A stretch of DNA of 43,944 bases from Candidatus Moraniibacteriota bacterium (GCA_049297495.1 JBAQUL010000007.1:1-43944), one strand, 5' to 3'; counted from the stretch's first letter, positions 19,719 through 28,359 are shown. Program-made: numbers and translations. The notes: generated by a model from the letters alone, not told the origin.

Positions 19719-20252
19719 ATGAAATTTTTTATGAATAAAATTAGTCCAGCAGAAATAAACACCGTCGTTGAAATTCTAAAAAAACTGGAGCCTGGGGTTT
19801 TGCCATTTGAGTTGTTTCATCAATTTGCCCGGCTTTATGTGACGCCGATTATTGAAATCGTTCCACTCAAAAAACGCGAAGACGGAAAAATAACGACAAT
19901 ACTTCTTGAGCGTGATAAGGATGATCCAGTTTGGCCAGGCATGTTGCATACACCCGGCACAGTAGCGCGCGCTTCAGACAAAGAGGGGGATTTCTCTGAC
20001 GCGTTTGGTAGGATATTAAAAGGGGAGCTGGGAAATTTAGATTTAGTTCATGGACCAGAATTTGTCGCCTATGAATTTCACCAAGTGCAAAGAGGCCGGG
20101 AGTTGGCACTTATATTTTTCGTGGAATATTTTGGAGTGCCAATAAATGGCAAGGAGTTTGAAGTTGGTAAGTTACCTGAAAATATAGTCGTTACTCAATT
20201 GAAATTTATTAAAAAAGCTGTCGATGCTTTTAGACTCAATGTTAAAGCTTAG
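19719..20252 (+). CDS. NUDIX-fold-like protein with a degenerate Nudix box (hypothetical)
   Basis: GTVARASDKEGDFSDAFGRILKGELG loosely resembles GX5EX7REUXEEXGU, but key Glu residues are missing. Confidence 0.35.
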   Translation: MKFFMNKISPAEINTVVEILKKLEPGVLPFELFHQFARLYVTPIIEIVPLKKREDGKITTILLERDKDDPVWPGMLHTPGTVARASDKEGDFSDAFGRILKGELGNLDLVHGPEFVAYEFHQVQRGRELALIFFVEYFGVPINGKEFEVGKLPENIVVTQLKFIKKAVDAFRLNVKA

Positions 20253-20275
20253 CGAAATAATTTTTAAATCTAATT

Positions 20276-20779
20276 ATGGCAAACTACAAAAACAAAACAG
20301 AAGCGGGCAAGTGTATTTTTTGTGAAATCGCTAAGGGCAAAATTAAACCTTTGGGCGACGGTTTGATTTGGGAGGATAAAAATTATATGGCTTGGCTTTC
20401 TCCGTTTCCCAATTCATTGGGATTTGCAATGATTATTCCCAAAGAGCATTATGCCAGTGACGTTTTAGAAATGGATGACAAGGCTCTTTTGAAATTTATC
20501 CTAGCCGCCAAAAAAGTGGCAAAACTACTAGAGGATTATTTCAAAGACGTCGGTCGAGTGGGCCTTATCATGGAAGGCACGGGGATAGATCACGCGCACA
20601 TCAAACTTATCCCAATGCACGGAACGGGACACATGAAAAAGGGGATTTGGAAACGGTATAACAGTGAAAAGACCGATTACTTCAAAAAATACGCCGGCTA
20701 TTTGAGCTCAGCCGACGGTCCAATGGCGGATTTTAAAAAATTAAAAAAATTAGCGGAGAAGATGAAAGCTTCTCGTTAG
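20276..20779 (+). CDS. HIT-family protein (atypical H-x-H-x-K triad)
   Basis: CIFCEIAKGKI N-terminus and GIDHAHIKLIP in place of the HxHxHxx motif. Confidence 0.65.
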   Translation: MANYKNKTEAGKCIFCEIAKGKIKPLGDGLIWEDKNYMAWLSPFPNSLGFAMIIPKEHYASDVLEMDDKALLKFILAAKKVAKLLEDYFKDVGRVGLIMEGTGIDHAHIKLIPMHGTGHMKKGIWKRYNSEKTDYFKKYAGYLSSADGPMADFKKLKKLAEKMKASR

Positions 20780-20812
20780 CAGATTTTATAGGCTATTTTC
20801 TACTATTTCCAT

Positions 20813-21457
20813 ATGAAGCATGAATATAATCAAAAAGAACTGTGGCGAAAAACATGGGACGACGAAAAGCATAAGAAAGTTAATGCTTTCGCCAAAAGAA
20901 GTCTTGCGATAATTGAAAAGCATGGTAACCTAAAAACACTTTTGGATTTAGGTTGTGGTCTCGGGCAAGATTCGGCTTACTTTGCGAAAAAGGATTTTCA
21001 GGTCACCGCAGTAGATTTTTCTGAAACGGGTGTGCGAGGGATTCCAAAAGATATTAAAAATCTCAAGCCGGTCTGTCAAGACATTAATAATTTAAAATTT
21101 AAGCATGATTCATTTGATATAATTTACGCTAATCTGAGTCTCCATTATTTTGATGATTCCGCCACGACCAAAATTTTTGACAAGCTTTACGATATTTTGA
21201 AAAAAGATGGCTTGATTTTTATTAAATGCAAATCGACAGATGATGCTGTCTACGGAAAGGGTGGTAAAATTGCTCCGGATGTATATTTCTTCGAAGGACG
21301 AGTTTGCCATTTTTTCAGCAAAGAGTACATGAAGTCCAAATTGGCGAAGTTTCACGTCATGAAAATAAGAAAGACAGCATCTCTTTATCATAAATATAAG
21401 TCGTCATTCATTGAAGCTGTTGCGATGAAGAATAAAAACTATGAAAAAACAGTATGA
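20813..21457 (+). CDS. Class I SAM-dependent methyltransferase
   Basis: Motif I LLDLGCGLGQDSAYFA and post-I VTAVDFSE. Confidence 0.8.
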   Translation: MKHEYNQKELWRKTWDDEKHKKVNAFAKRSLAIIEKHGNLKTLLDLGCGLGQDSAYFAKKDFQVTAVDFSETGVRGIPKDIKNLKPVCQDINNLKFKHDSFDIIYANLSLHYFDDSATTKIFDKLYDILKKDGLIFIKCKSTDDAVYGKGGKIAPDVYFFEGRVCHFFSKEYMKSKLAKFHVMKIRKTASLYHKYKSSFIEAVAMKNKNYEKTV

Positions 21458-21672
21458 AGCTAGGAAAATATCAACATTATAAGGGTGGGCTTGTTGAAGT
21501 TATTGCTGTTGCTCATCATAGCGAAACACTGGAAGAGATGGTCGTGTATAGGGCGCTATATGAATGCAGGACTTTTGGAAAAGGCTCTGTGTGGGTTCGT
21601 CCCAAGCAGATGTTTTTTGAGAGTGTGATTGTTGATGGAAAAGAAGTGTCAAGATTTAAATTATTAAAATAA
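21454..21672 (+). CDS. DUF1653 family protein
   Basis: YQHYKGGLVEVIAVAHHSETLEEMVVYRALY...WVRPKQMF. ATGA overlap with the upstream gene. Confidence 0.7.
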   Translation: MKLGKYQHYKGGLVEVIAVAHHSETLEEMVVYRALYECRTFGKGSVWVRPKQMFFESVIVDGKEVSRFKLLK

Positions 21673-21677
21673 GCACC

Positions 21678-22943
21678 ATGAAAACACAAAACAAAAATCT
21701 TTTTTCTTGGCTCGTGTATGATTTTGGTAATTCCTTTTTTGTGACAGCGATTAGTGGATTATTTCTCGCTCAGTGGCTTATTTTAGACAATAAGCTGGAT
21801 GATATTTGGTATGGGGCGGGATTTTCGATTGCTACTATTTTTGTACTTTTCACTTCACCATTTCTTGGAGCGTGGTCGGATAAGTTAGGAAAAAGAATGC
21901 CTTTTTTAAAATGGTCATCGCTGGCGTTGTTTGTTTTTAATGGACTCATCGCAATCATAGCTGTTTCGAGCTTGCCTCAAATTCAGCGAGCGTTTATTGT
22001 TCTCGGTCTTTCTATCGTTGTTCAATATCTATATCAAATGAGTCTGATTTTCTACAATTCTCTATTGAAAGAGATTTCAACGGAAAATAACAGAGGAAAG
22101 ATTTCCGGACTTGGCGAAGGGTTTAATAGCCTTGGTTGGCTTTTTGGTTCTGTCGTGCTACTACCTTTTGCTAATGGTGCGATAACCCTTATTGGGGAGC
22201 CAGGACGGCATCAAGTTTTTGTCCCTGCCTTTATCATTTCGACTCTGCTCATGCTACCAATGCTTTTCGCATTCAAAGAACAACCACAAGTAGTTGATAT
22301 GGCCTCAAAAGAATCTGTTAGCAAAAAGACATTCGCAGGGATAAGGCAACTATTTCATGAGAATAGAAATGTTGGAATTTTTCTTGTGGGGTTCTCTTTT
22401 ATATCAGACTTAATGCTCACCGTAGAGTTATTTTTTGCCGTGGTAATGGACGCGCTTTATCGAATTGATGATAACTCAAAAACCCTTGTTTTTGCTATCA
22501 ATCTTATCTGCACTATTATTTTGGGATATATATTCGGAAAATTAGGCGATAAATATGGACATAAAAAGATTTTATTAATCTCTTGCAGTATTTTTATTGT
22601 TTCGATGATAATTTTTTTCACTTCGTCTTCACTGAATATGCTTTATCTGGTGGGGGTTGCAAGCGGAGCTGGTGTGGGAGGCTACTATGTCAATTCTAGA
22701 GCGCTAATGATCAGAATATCACCGCAAGATAGATTGGGAGCATATTTCGGATTCTATTCTACCTTCGCAAGAATTGCTTCAGTGGTTGGACCGCTTATTT
22801 GGGGTGGGATAACATTGTTGTTACGAAACGAGCCAGTTCTAAAATATCAAGTCGCTGGAATGGTAATGGTTGGACTTTTGATTATTGGGAGCATACTACT
22901 ATTAAGGGTCAAAGAAGAGGCTAAAATTAACATCGCTGGATAA
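21678..22943 (+). CDS. MFS transporter (UMF1/Atg22-like)
   Basis: About 12 TM segments. N-terminal WLVYDFGNSFF resembles the UMF1 signature. Confidence 0.7.
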   Translation: MKTQNKNLFSWLVYDFGNSFFVTAISGLFLAQWLILDNKLDDIWYGAGFSIATIFVLFTSPFLGAWSDKLGKRMPFLKWSSLALFVFNGLIAIIAVSSLPQIQRAFIVLGLSIVVQYLYQMSLIFYNSLLKEISTENNRGKISGLGEGFNSLGWLFGSVVLLPFANGAITLIGEPGRHQVFVPAFIISTLLMLPMLFAFKEQPQVVDMASKESVSKKTFAGIRQLFHENRNVGIFLVGFSFISDLMLTVELFFAVVMDALYRIDDNSKTLVFAINLICTIILGYIFGKLGDKYGHKKILLISCSIFIVSMIIFFTSSSLNMLYLVGVASGAGVGGYYVNSRALMIRISPQDRLGAYFGFYSTFARIASVVGPLIWGGITLLLRNEPVLKYQVAGMVMVGLLIIGSILLLRVKEEAKINIAG

Positions 22944-22962
22944 TTCTTAATTGATAATATTC

Positions 22963-23376
22963 ATGAAACTTTGCAGTGCGTGTCTTTTGGGCATAAAATG
23001 CCGCTATGACGGTGGCGATAAGGCGAATGAGAAAGTTTTGGAATTGGCCAAAAAAGAAAAGCTGATTCCAGTTTGCCCGGAACAATTGGGCGGTCTCTCA
23101 ACTCCACGAGAACAAACCGAGTTAAGGGGCGATAGGGTTGTCACGAAAAGTGGGCTTGACGTAACGGATATTTTTGAAAAAGGTGCCGAGCAGGTTTTGA
23201 AAATTGTGAAAGATAGGGGAATAAAAAGTGTTATTCTGAAACAAAAGAGTCCTTCTTGCGGATGCGGAAAAATTTATGATGGAACTTTTTCTGGTGCAAT
23301 TATTGCAGGTGATGGGATTACCACGAAACTACTCAAAGAAAATGGTGTGGAGGTTTTGACGGAAGAAAATTTGTAA
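22963..23376 (+). CDS. DUF523 protein (TudS-like 2-thiouracil desulfurase family)
   Basis: CSACLLGIKCRYDGG plus a later PSCGCG cysteine cluster. ATG at 22963; the tracked ORF starts at a TTG at 22951. Confidence 0.7.
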   Translation: MKLCSACLLGIKCRYDGGDKANEKVLELAKKEKLIPVCPEQLGGLSTPREQTELRGDRVVTKSGLDVTDIFEKGAEQVLKIVKDRGIKSVILKQKSPSCGCGKIYDGTFSGAIIAGDGITTKLLKENGVEVLTEENL

Positions 23377-23390
23377 TTATTTCAAAAAAT

Positions 23391-23723
23391 ATGATAAAAG
23401 AATTTGATTTTTATTGCGAAGAAGCAATATCCGGAAAAACTCCAATTGATAAATTATATGAATCGGATCAGGTTTTAGCTTTCTATCATACAAGACCGTC
23501 CTATGCGACACATATTGTCATAATTCCCAAAAAACATATTCTGGATTTGCCATCTTTTTCGGACGATGACTTGGAAATTTTGAATGAAATCATGAAGGTC
23601 GCTCGTGATTTATCGAAGAGTCTAGATAGAAGCGCTGGTGTGAAACTTTGCACAAATGTTGGTGCGTTTCAAGAGACACCACACACGCATTTTCATTTAG
23701 TTGTAGGCAAAAAGCTAAAATGA
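23391..23723 (+). CDS. HIT-family protein (canonical histidine triad)
   Basis: THIVIIPKKHI and the C-terminal HTHFHLV triad. Confidence 0.8.
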   Translation: MIKEFDFYCEEAISGKTPIDKLYESDQVLAFYHTRPSYATHIVIIPKKHILDLPSFSDDDLEILNEIMKVARDLSKSLDRSAGVKLCTNVGAFQETPHTHFHLVVGKKLK

Positions 23724-24229
23724 AAATTATGGAACCAGCCAAGCAAAAAATAATTATTGTTGATGAAAATGACGAAGTCATTGGATCCAGAGAAAGAGGT
23801 ACTACGTCCGAGGAGGATATTTGTCGTGTCTCTGCTTTGTGGTTGACCAATTCTCGCGGGGAAATCTTAATTGCCAAGCGTCATCGCAATAAATTCTATC
23901 ATCCAGGAACATGGGGTCCGGCTGTTGCGGGAACAGTTGAAGTTGGGGAGTTATATGAGGATAATATCATCAAAGAGGCCAAAGAAGAGTTGGGACTTGA
24001 AAGTATCAAGCCTAAAATTGGACCAAAAATAAGAGTCGATGATGTACATCCATTTTTTCTTCAATGGTACGTGTTGACTGTGGATAAAACTCTTGATGAA
24101 TTTGAGTTGCAGTCGGACGAAGTTGAGGGAGTAGACTGGATCTCGCCGGAAGAACTAGAAAAACAGCTCAAAGAGCAGCCAGAAAAATTTGGTCCGAATA
24201 TGAAAAGGTATTTCGGGTTATTTTCATAA
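23720..24229 (+). CDS. NUDIX hydrolase (Idi-like subfamily topology)
   Basis: Nudix box GTVEVGELYEDNIIKEAKEELGL. The ATG at 23720 overlaps the upstream TGA (ATGA). The tracked ORF start at 23648 is an overlap artefact. Confidence 0.8.
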   Translation: MKIMEPAKQKIIIVDENDEVIGSRERGTTSEEDICRVSALWLTNSRGEILIAKRHRNKFYHPGTWGPAVAGTVEVGELYEDNIIKEAKEELGLESIKPKIGPKIRVDDVHPFFLQWYVLTVDKTLDEFELQSDEVEGVDWISPEELEKQLKEQPEKFGPNMKRYFGLFS

Positions 24230-24264
24230 GGGTGATTATTTTTTTAAATTTAATTAAAAATATT

Positions 24265-24660
24265 ATGAAAAAATTCAGCATCAAAAATACCCAAGGTATT
24301 GCGCCAGGACATGAAGACCCCAAAAATCCTGGAACATTAAAACGTGTAATTTTCACAGCCGAAGACGTTAAAATTGAGGGGATAATGCAAATGATTAATT
24401 GGTCAAAAATGCCGGTGGGAAAAAGTCTTGCTTTGCATTATCATGAATTTATGGAAGAGGTGTTTATCATTCTTTCTGGTAAGGCAGAATTTGTAATTGA
24501 TGATGAGCGTGAAATCCTTGAAGCCACTGATGCCGTCTATGTTCCGCAACAATCAAAACATTTAATGAAAAATATCGGAACAGAAACTTTGGAATATCTT
24601 GCCATTGGCGTGGTCACAAAAGCTGGCGGGAAAACGGTGGTTGTGGAAAAAGCGGAATAA
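24265..24660 (+). CDS. Cupin domain protein
   Basis: ALHYHEFMEEVFIILSGKAEF...VYVPQQSKHLMKN two-motif cupin pattern. Confidence 0.7.
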   Translation: MKKFSIKNTQGIAPGHEDPKNPGTLKRVIFTAEDVKIEGIMQMINWSKMPVGKSLALHYHEFMEEVFIILSGKAEFVIDDEREILEATDAVYVPQQSKHLMKNIGTETLEYLAIGVVTKAGGKTVVVEKAE

Positions 24661-24688
24661 TAATCTAAAAAATAAAAAACTTACAATT

Positions 24689-25066
24689 ATGGGTAGTTTT
24701 ATTGAGATCAATGATACATTGCAATTATCCTCAGAGCAGGGCTTCCCAATGGAGCTTGATTATGAGAAGCATAAAATAAAGCCTTTCGTGGCTAGCGATT
24801 TTGAAGGTAGAATTTTTGAATTTAAAGACAAGCCCAAGGTTAGGGTTTACAAATTGCCACCAGTAAGGAATTTTTTAGTGCAAAATATTGATGGCAAGTG
24901 GCTTTATTGGGGACTTGTGCATGTTATAGAAGTTGTGCATGATAATATGGAACAAACAACTTCCGGAAAATTTAAGCTAATCTATATCTATACGCCAGAT
25001 GAAATGAAGAACGCGCATAAATTAATCGATAGGAACAAAGAGACGGACTATCTGGAAGTAATGTGA
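24689..25066 (+). CDS. hypothetical protein (125 aa)
   Basis: ORF from MGSFIEINDTLQL. The tracked upstream extension overlaps the cupin gene. No recognised motif. Confidence 0.55.
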   Translation: MGSFIEINDTLQLSSEQGFPMELDYEKHKIKPFVASDFEGRIFEFKDKPKVRVYKLPPVRNFLVQNIDGKWLYWGLVHVIEVVHDNMEQTTSGKFKLIYIYTPDEMKNAHKLIDRNKETDYLEVM

Positions 25067-25077
25067 AACCTAAGCTT

Positions 25078-25677
25078 ATGATCAAAGCAATTATTTTTGA
25101 TTTTGGCGGAGTTCTTTGTGTGAACGATGACCTTCCAAAATTTTGGCAAGAAAACGGTGATAAGCTTGGCGTTGATCCTGAAGATGCGAGAAAGGTTGGC
25201 GTGCCAATCTGGATGGAAGCGCGCGTTGGGAAAATAGACTCGAACGTGTATTGGGAGGATTTAGGTGTGCTCGCGAAGATGAGTGCAGAAGAATTTAGGA
25301 AATACTTTATTGAATACACCGGCTTTCGTGACGAACTTTACACATACATCAAGAAAGAGCTGAAAGGGAAATATAAATTAGCAATTCTGTCGAACCAGAT
25401 CAAATCCTGGTTTGAACCGATTGCTGAGGAAAAAAAATTTAAGGCAGTCTTTAATGTAATTGTCACTTCGTATGGGACTGGCATTGCCAAACCGGAGATT
25501 GAAATATATAAGAAAACTATCAAGGAACTTGGCGTGGAAGCTTCTGAATGTGTTTTTGTCGAGGACCGACCAAAAAACATTGAACCGGCAGAAAAACTTG
25601 GAATGCAAGTCATCGAATTTAAAGATTTCAATCAATTTGTTGGAGATTTAGAGAAAATTAAAAAATTTGGATACTAA
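25078..25677 (+). CDS. HAD-superfamily hydrolase (subfamily IA)
   Basis: Motif I IIFDFGGVL and motif II ILSN; the late motif is VFVEDRPKNI. An alternative GTG start at 25063 overlaps the upstream stop. Confidence 0.8.
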   Translation: MIKAIIFDFGGVLCVNDDLPKFWQENGDKLGVDPEDARKVGVPIWMEARVGKIDSNVYWEDLGVLAKMSAEEFRKYFIEYTGFRDELYTYIKKELKGKYKLAILSNQIKSWFEPIAEEKKFKAVFNVIVTSYGTGIAKPEIEIYKKTIKELGVEASECVFVEDRPKNIEPAEKLGMQVIEFKDFNQFVGDLEKIKKFGY

Positions 25678-25687
25678 GTGGGGTTGC

Positions 25688-25716
25688 TTGCACTAAATTC
25701 CAAGATTGTTTATAAT
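25688..25716 (+). promoter_or_regulatory. sigma70-like promoter (TTGCAC, 17 nt spacer, TATAAT)
   Basis: TTGCAC at 25688-25693 and TATAAT at 25711-25716, 57 nt upstream of the next CDS. Confidence 0.55.
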
Positions 25717-25772
25717 ACAAAAAGTATCGGGAAATTAGCCGATAAAATTAATAAATAATAAATTTTAAACTA

Positions 25773-26846
25773 ATGGAAACAGAAAAAAAAGAGTCCACAG
25801 AGGCTGAGTGCTGTGAGCAGGGGGCATGTGGTTGCGAAAAGTATAAGAAATTTATGCCAAAAATAATTGCAATCGTGCTTTTGGTTGTTGTGGCAGGGGG
25901 CTTTAGCTATTACAAATTAGTTTGGCAAAAGCGTAATTTAAGCCAAGCGCAGGCAAAAACAAAAGTTGAGGATTTCATCAATAAGAATCTGATGCAAGGT
26001 GGAATGAAGGCTAATATAACTTCAGTTACCAAAGAAAACGGAATGTTTAAGGTGATGGTTGAAATTGGAGAAGGTGCGCAAAAGCAAGAAATCACTTCCT
26101 ACCTATCAACTGATGGGTCTAAATTTTTCCCCAGTGTGATGGATATCGCAGAAACAGAAAAGAAAATGGCTGATCAGAAACCAGCTGAGACGAAGCCTGC
26201 CGCAGAGATTCCCAAGACCGACAAGCCAACCGTAGAACTTTTTGTGATGAGCTATTGTCCATATGGAACTCAGATTGAAAAAGGCATCTTGCCGGTAGTA
26301 GATGCTCTTGGAGCAAAGATTGATTATTCTTTGAAATTTGTTAGTTATGCAATGCACGAAAAGAAGGAAATTGATGAGAATTTGAAACAATACTGTATTC
26401 AAAAGAACGAGCCTAAAAAGTTGAGTGCCTATCTTAAATGCTTTTTGAAGGATGATACTAAGGCGGCCGAATGTCTAAAAACCGCTCTTATTAATCCAAC
26501 AACGCTTAGTAGTTGTATTGCCGCTACGGATAAGCAGTTTAAAGTCACGGAAGGCTATAATGACAAAGCATCTTGGAGCAATGGAAGTTTCCCTCCTTTT
26601 AATGTGGATAAGGATGCTAATGATAAATATGGCGTAAAGGGTTCTCCAACGCTTATCGTTAATGGTGTCGAAGCTTCTTCCGCTGGACGAGATGCTGCTA
26701 GTCTTTTAAAAGCGATCTGTTCTGGATTTAAGACTGCACCAAAGGAGTGCTCAGCAACACTCTCAGCTACAGCTCCTGCACCAGGTTTTGGTGAGGGAAC
26801 GGTTCAAGGAGCCGCTGCCAACAGTGATGCCGCTTGCGGAAACTAG
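25773..26846 (+). CDS. membrane-anchored thioredoxin-fold protein (DsbA-like ectodomain, CPYG motif) with a Cys-rich cytoplasmic N-terminus
   Basis: AECCEQGACGCEKY, then the TM segment IIAIVLLVVVAGGF, then ELFVMSYCPYGTQ and GSPTLIVNG, which are thioredoxin-fold hallmarks. Confidence 0.45.
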   Translation: METEKKESTEAECCEQGACGCEKYKKFMPKIIAIVLLVVVAGGFSYYKLVWQKRNLSQAQAKTKVEDFINKNLMQGGMKANITSVTKENGMFKVMVEIGEGAQKQEITSYLSTDGSKFFPSVMDIAETEKKMADQKPAETKPAAEIPKTDKPTVELFVMSYCPYGTQIEKGILPVVDALGAKIDYSLKFVSYAMHEKKEIDENLKQYCIQKNEPKKLSAYLKCFLKDDTKAAECLKTALINPTTLSSCIAATDKQFKVTEGYNDKASWSNGSFPPFNVDKDANDKYGVKGSPTLIVNGVEASSAGRDAASLLKAICSGFKTAPKECSATLSATAPAPGFGEGTVQGAAANSDAACGN

Positions 26847-26868
26847 ATTTAAAAGCTTAGCTTTAAGA

Positions 26869-26900
26869 AAGAAAAATCCCAATTAATTGGGACTTTTCTT
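26869..26900 (+). terminator. rho-independent terminator
   Basis: agaaaaatcccaatt/aattgggacttttct (the core tcccaattaattggga is a perfect palindrome), followed by a T-rich tail. Confidence 0.7.
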
Positions 26901-26916
26901 ATATTTAAGTAGCTAC

Positions 26917-26954
26917 TTGACAGTGTTAGTGTATCAATGATAAAATAACACTGT
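26917..26954 (+). promoter_or_regulatory. candidate lexA promoter (TTGACA, 18 nt spacer, TGaTAAAAT extended -10) overlapped by a 9-bp inverted repeat
   Basis: TTGACA at 26917-26922 and TAAAAT at 26941-26946. ACAGTGTTA (26920-26928) and TAACACTGT (26946-26954) bracket the promoter. Confidence 0.5.
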
Positions 26955-26967
26955 AATTATTAAATTC

Positions 26968-27096
26968 ATCCCCCACCACTTTTTTACTCGCATTTATAAT
27001 GCGGATAGGGGCTAGGTTTCAGGAATATTTATTACATGTGCTGATTGTGATTGTAACTGTGAATTAAAGTTCAAAAGTAAAAAAGTGGTGGGGGAT
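26968..27096 (+). promoter_or_regulatory. perfect 20-bp inverted repeat (89-nt loop) in the lexA leader; the 3' arm contains the SD
   Basis: atcccccaccacttttttac (26968-26987) is the exact reverse complement of gtaaaaaagtggtgggggat (27077-27096). The lexA ATG is at 27105. Confidence 0.7.
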
Positions 27097-27104
27097 AAAA
27101 AAAT

Positions 27105-27764
27105 ATGATACTAACAGCCAAACAACAAAACATTCTTGAATCGATTCGAGAATTGATCAGTCAGGGTAAAGAAAACCCGACTAGTTATCGCCTACAAAAA
27201 TATCTTGAATCACAAGGCGTCAAAGATAGCTTAAAGTCAGTGATGCAGGTGATTGAGTCATTGGAAAAAAAAGATCTCATCAAGCGCGACAAGAATAAAA
27301 AAATTTATCTGATTGAAAACGAGAACTACGCAAACTTCAAAAATATCTTTTCTGTTCCAGTCTATGGCCTGGCTTCTTGCGGAGAGGCTTTGGCCTATGC
27401 GCAGGATAACGTAGATGGCTTTTTGCAGATTTCCAAAGCCCTTTTTCGCGATAAAGATGAGTCGCTTTTGTTTGCTGTGAAGGCACTTGGTGACTCAATG
27501 GATAAAGAAAAAATTAATGATGGCGATTATGTCATTTTTGAAAAATATGAACAGCGAGAAGACCTGGAAGGCAAAATTGTGGTGGCAGTGGTGAATGGCA
27601 TGGCCACCATCAAGCGCTACAAAAAAGTCAGTGAAGATGTAATTGGCCTTTTTCCCAAATCGACCAACCCGATCCATCAGCCAATCTTCATCCACAAATC
27701 CGATTCCTTCATTTTTGCCGGAATTTTCCGCAAAGTCTTGCCGGTGAAATATGTGAGTTTGTAG
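27105..27764 (+). CDS. lexA: LexA-family repressor (wHTH plus S24 peptidase)
   Basis: N-terminal winged-helix region, the linker VPVYGLASCGEALAYA, the catalytic Ser in ALGDSM and Lys in ATIKRYKK. Confidence 0.8.
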   Translation: MILTAKQQNILESIRELISQGKENPTSYRLQKYLESQGVKDSLKSVMQVIESLEKKDLIKRDKNKKIYLIENENYANFKNIFSVPVYGLASCGEALAYAQDNVDGFLQISKALFRDKDESLLFAVKALGDSMDKEKINDGDYVIFEKYEQREDLEGKIVVAVVNGMATIKRYKKVSEDVIGLFPKSTNPIHQPIFIHKSDSFIFAGIFRKVLPVKYVSL

Positions 27765-27863
27765 ATTTCTTTTTTTGACAAAAAGAGTTTTCTAGGCTTA
27801 TTATGTTGGTAGGTTAGGGGATATTTTGTTGTTTTACCAATAAAATAGCGGGGGTGCTTATTT

Positions 27864-28100
27864 ATGAAAGAAGAAGGAAGAACGTTGAAAGTCTTTGTTG
27901 CTAAAGGACAAACCTTGAGAGCTTTTTTGACGGCGATTAATGTAGATTTGGCCAATGTTGAGAAAATAAAGATTGGTTGCGAGTGGTTATTCATTTTAAC
28001 GTCTGAAATAGCTGAGCGTGTTTTGGTTAGCAAAGATACCTTCGTTGAGGTTCTTCTTAAGAAAGGTGTCTATGTGGGATATTGCCCCTATAGCGTGTAG
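27864..28100 (+). CDS. hypothetical protein (78 aa) downstream of lexA
   Basis: It has its own TTGACA promoter-like box near 27771, a GC-rich SD (gcggggg) and a strong terminator. No recognisable motif. Confidence 0.55.
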   Translation: MKEEGRTLKVFVAKGQTLRAFLTAINVDLANVEKIKIGCEWLFILTSEIAERVLVSKDTFVEVLLKKGVYVGYCPYSV

Positions 28101-28137
28101 ATTCCTCTAAAAGGAGGAAGATTTCACTAACCCATGG

Positions 28138-28176
28138 GCCGGTTTCAGATTGCTTGAAACCGGCTTAGATTTTTTT
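28138..28176 (+). terminator. rho-independent terminator
   Basis: gccggtttca-gattgct-tgaaaccggc followed by ttagattttttt. Confidence 0.8.
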
Positions 28177-28204
28177 CTAGGGCTTCAGCTTGTAAGAAAA
28201 AATA

Positions 28205-28263
28205 AAAAAGTTTTAAACCGAAATATGCCAAATTTAAATATGCAATATGAGCTATTTGACTAA
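28205..28263 (+). repeat. direct repeat R1: duplicated copy of the uvrA-1 promoter region and first codons
   Basis: aaaaagttttaaaccgaaatatgccaaatt matches 29257-29286 at 27/30. It is followed by ATGCAA tat gag cta ttt gac TAA (MQYELFD*), against the uvrA-1 start MQDELII. Confidence 0.65.
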
Positions 28264-28359
28264 AACGTTTTTTGGTGTCAGTATTTTGTCAACCATGATT
28301 TTCGTCCATAACTATCCCATGTGCGTATGTTTGTCCACCTATAAGAGAGGGAGGTAGTC

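Noticed and set aside
26847-27104. Classical LexA/SOS boxes (CTGT-N8-ACAG or GAAC-N4-GTTC) upstream of lexA, uvrA-1, uvrA-2 and uvrB
   Set aside because: I found no match to either consensus by eye. Only lineage-unknown dyads are present (reported separately at low confidence), so no SOS box is annotated.
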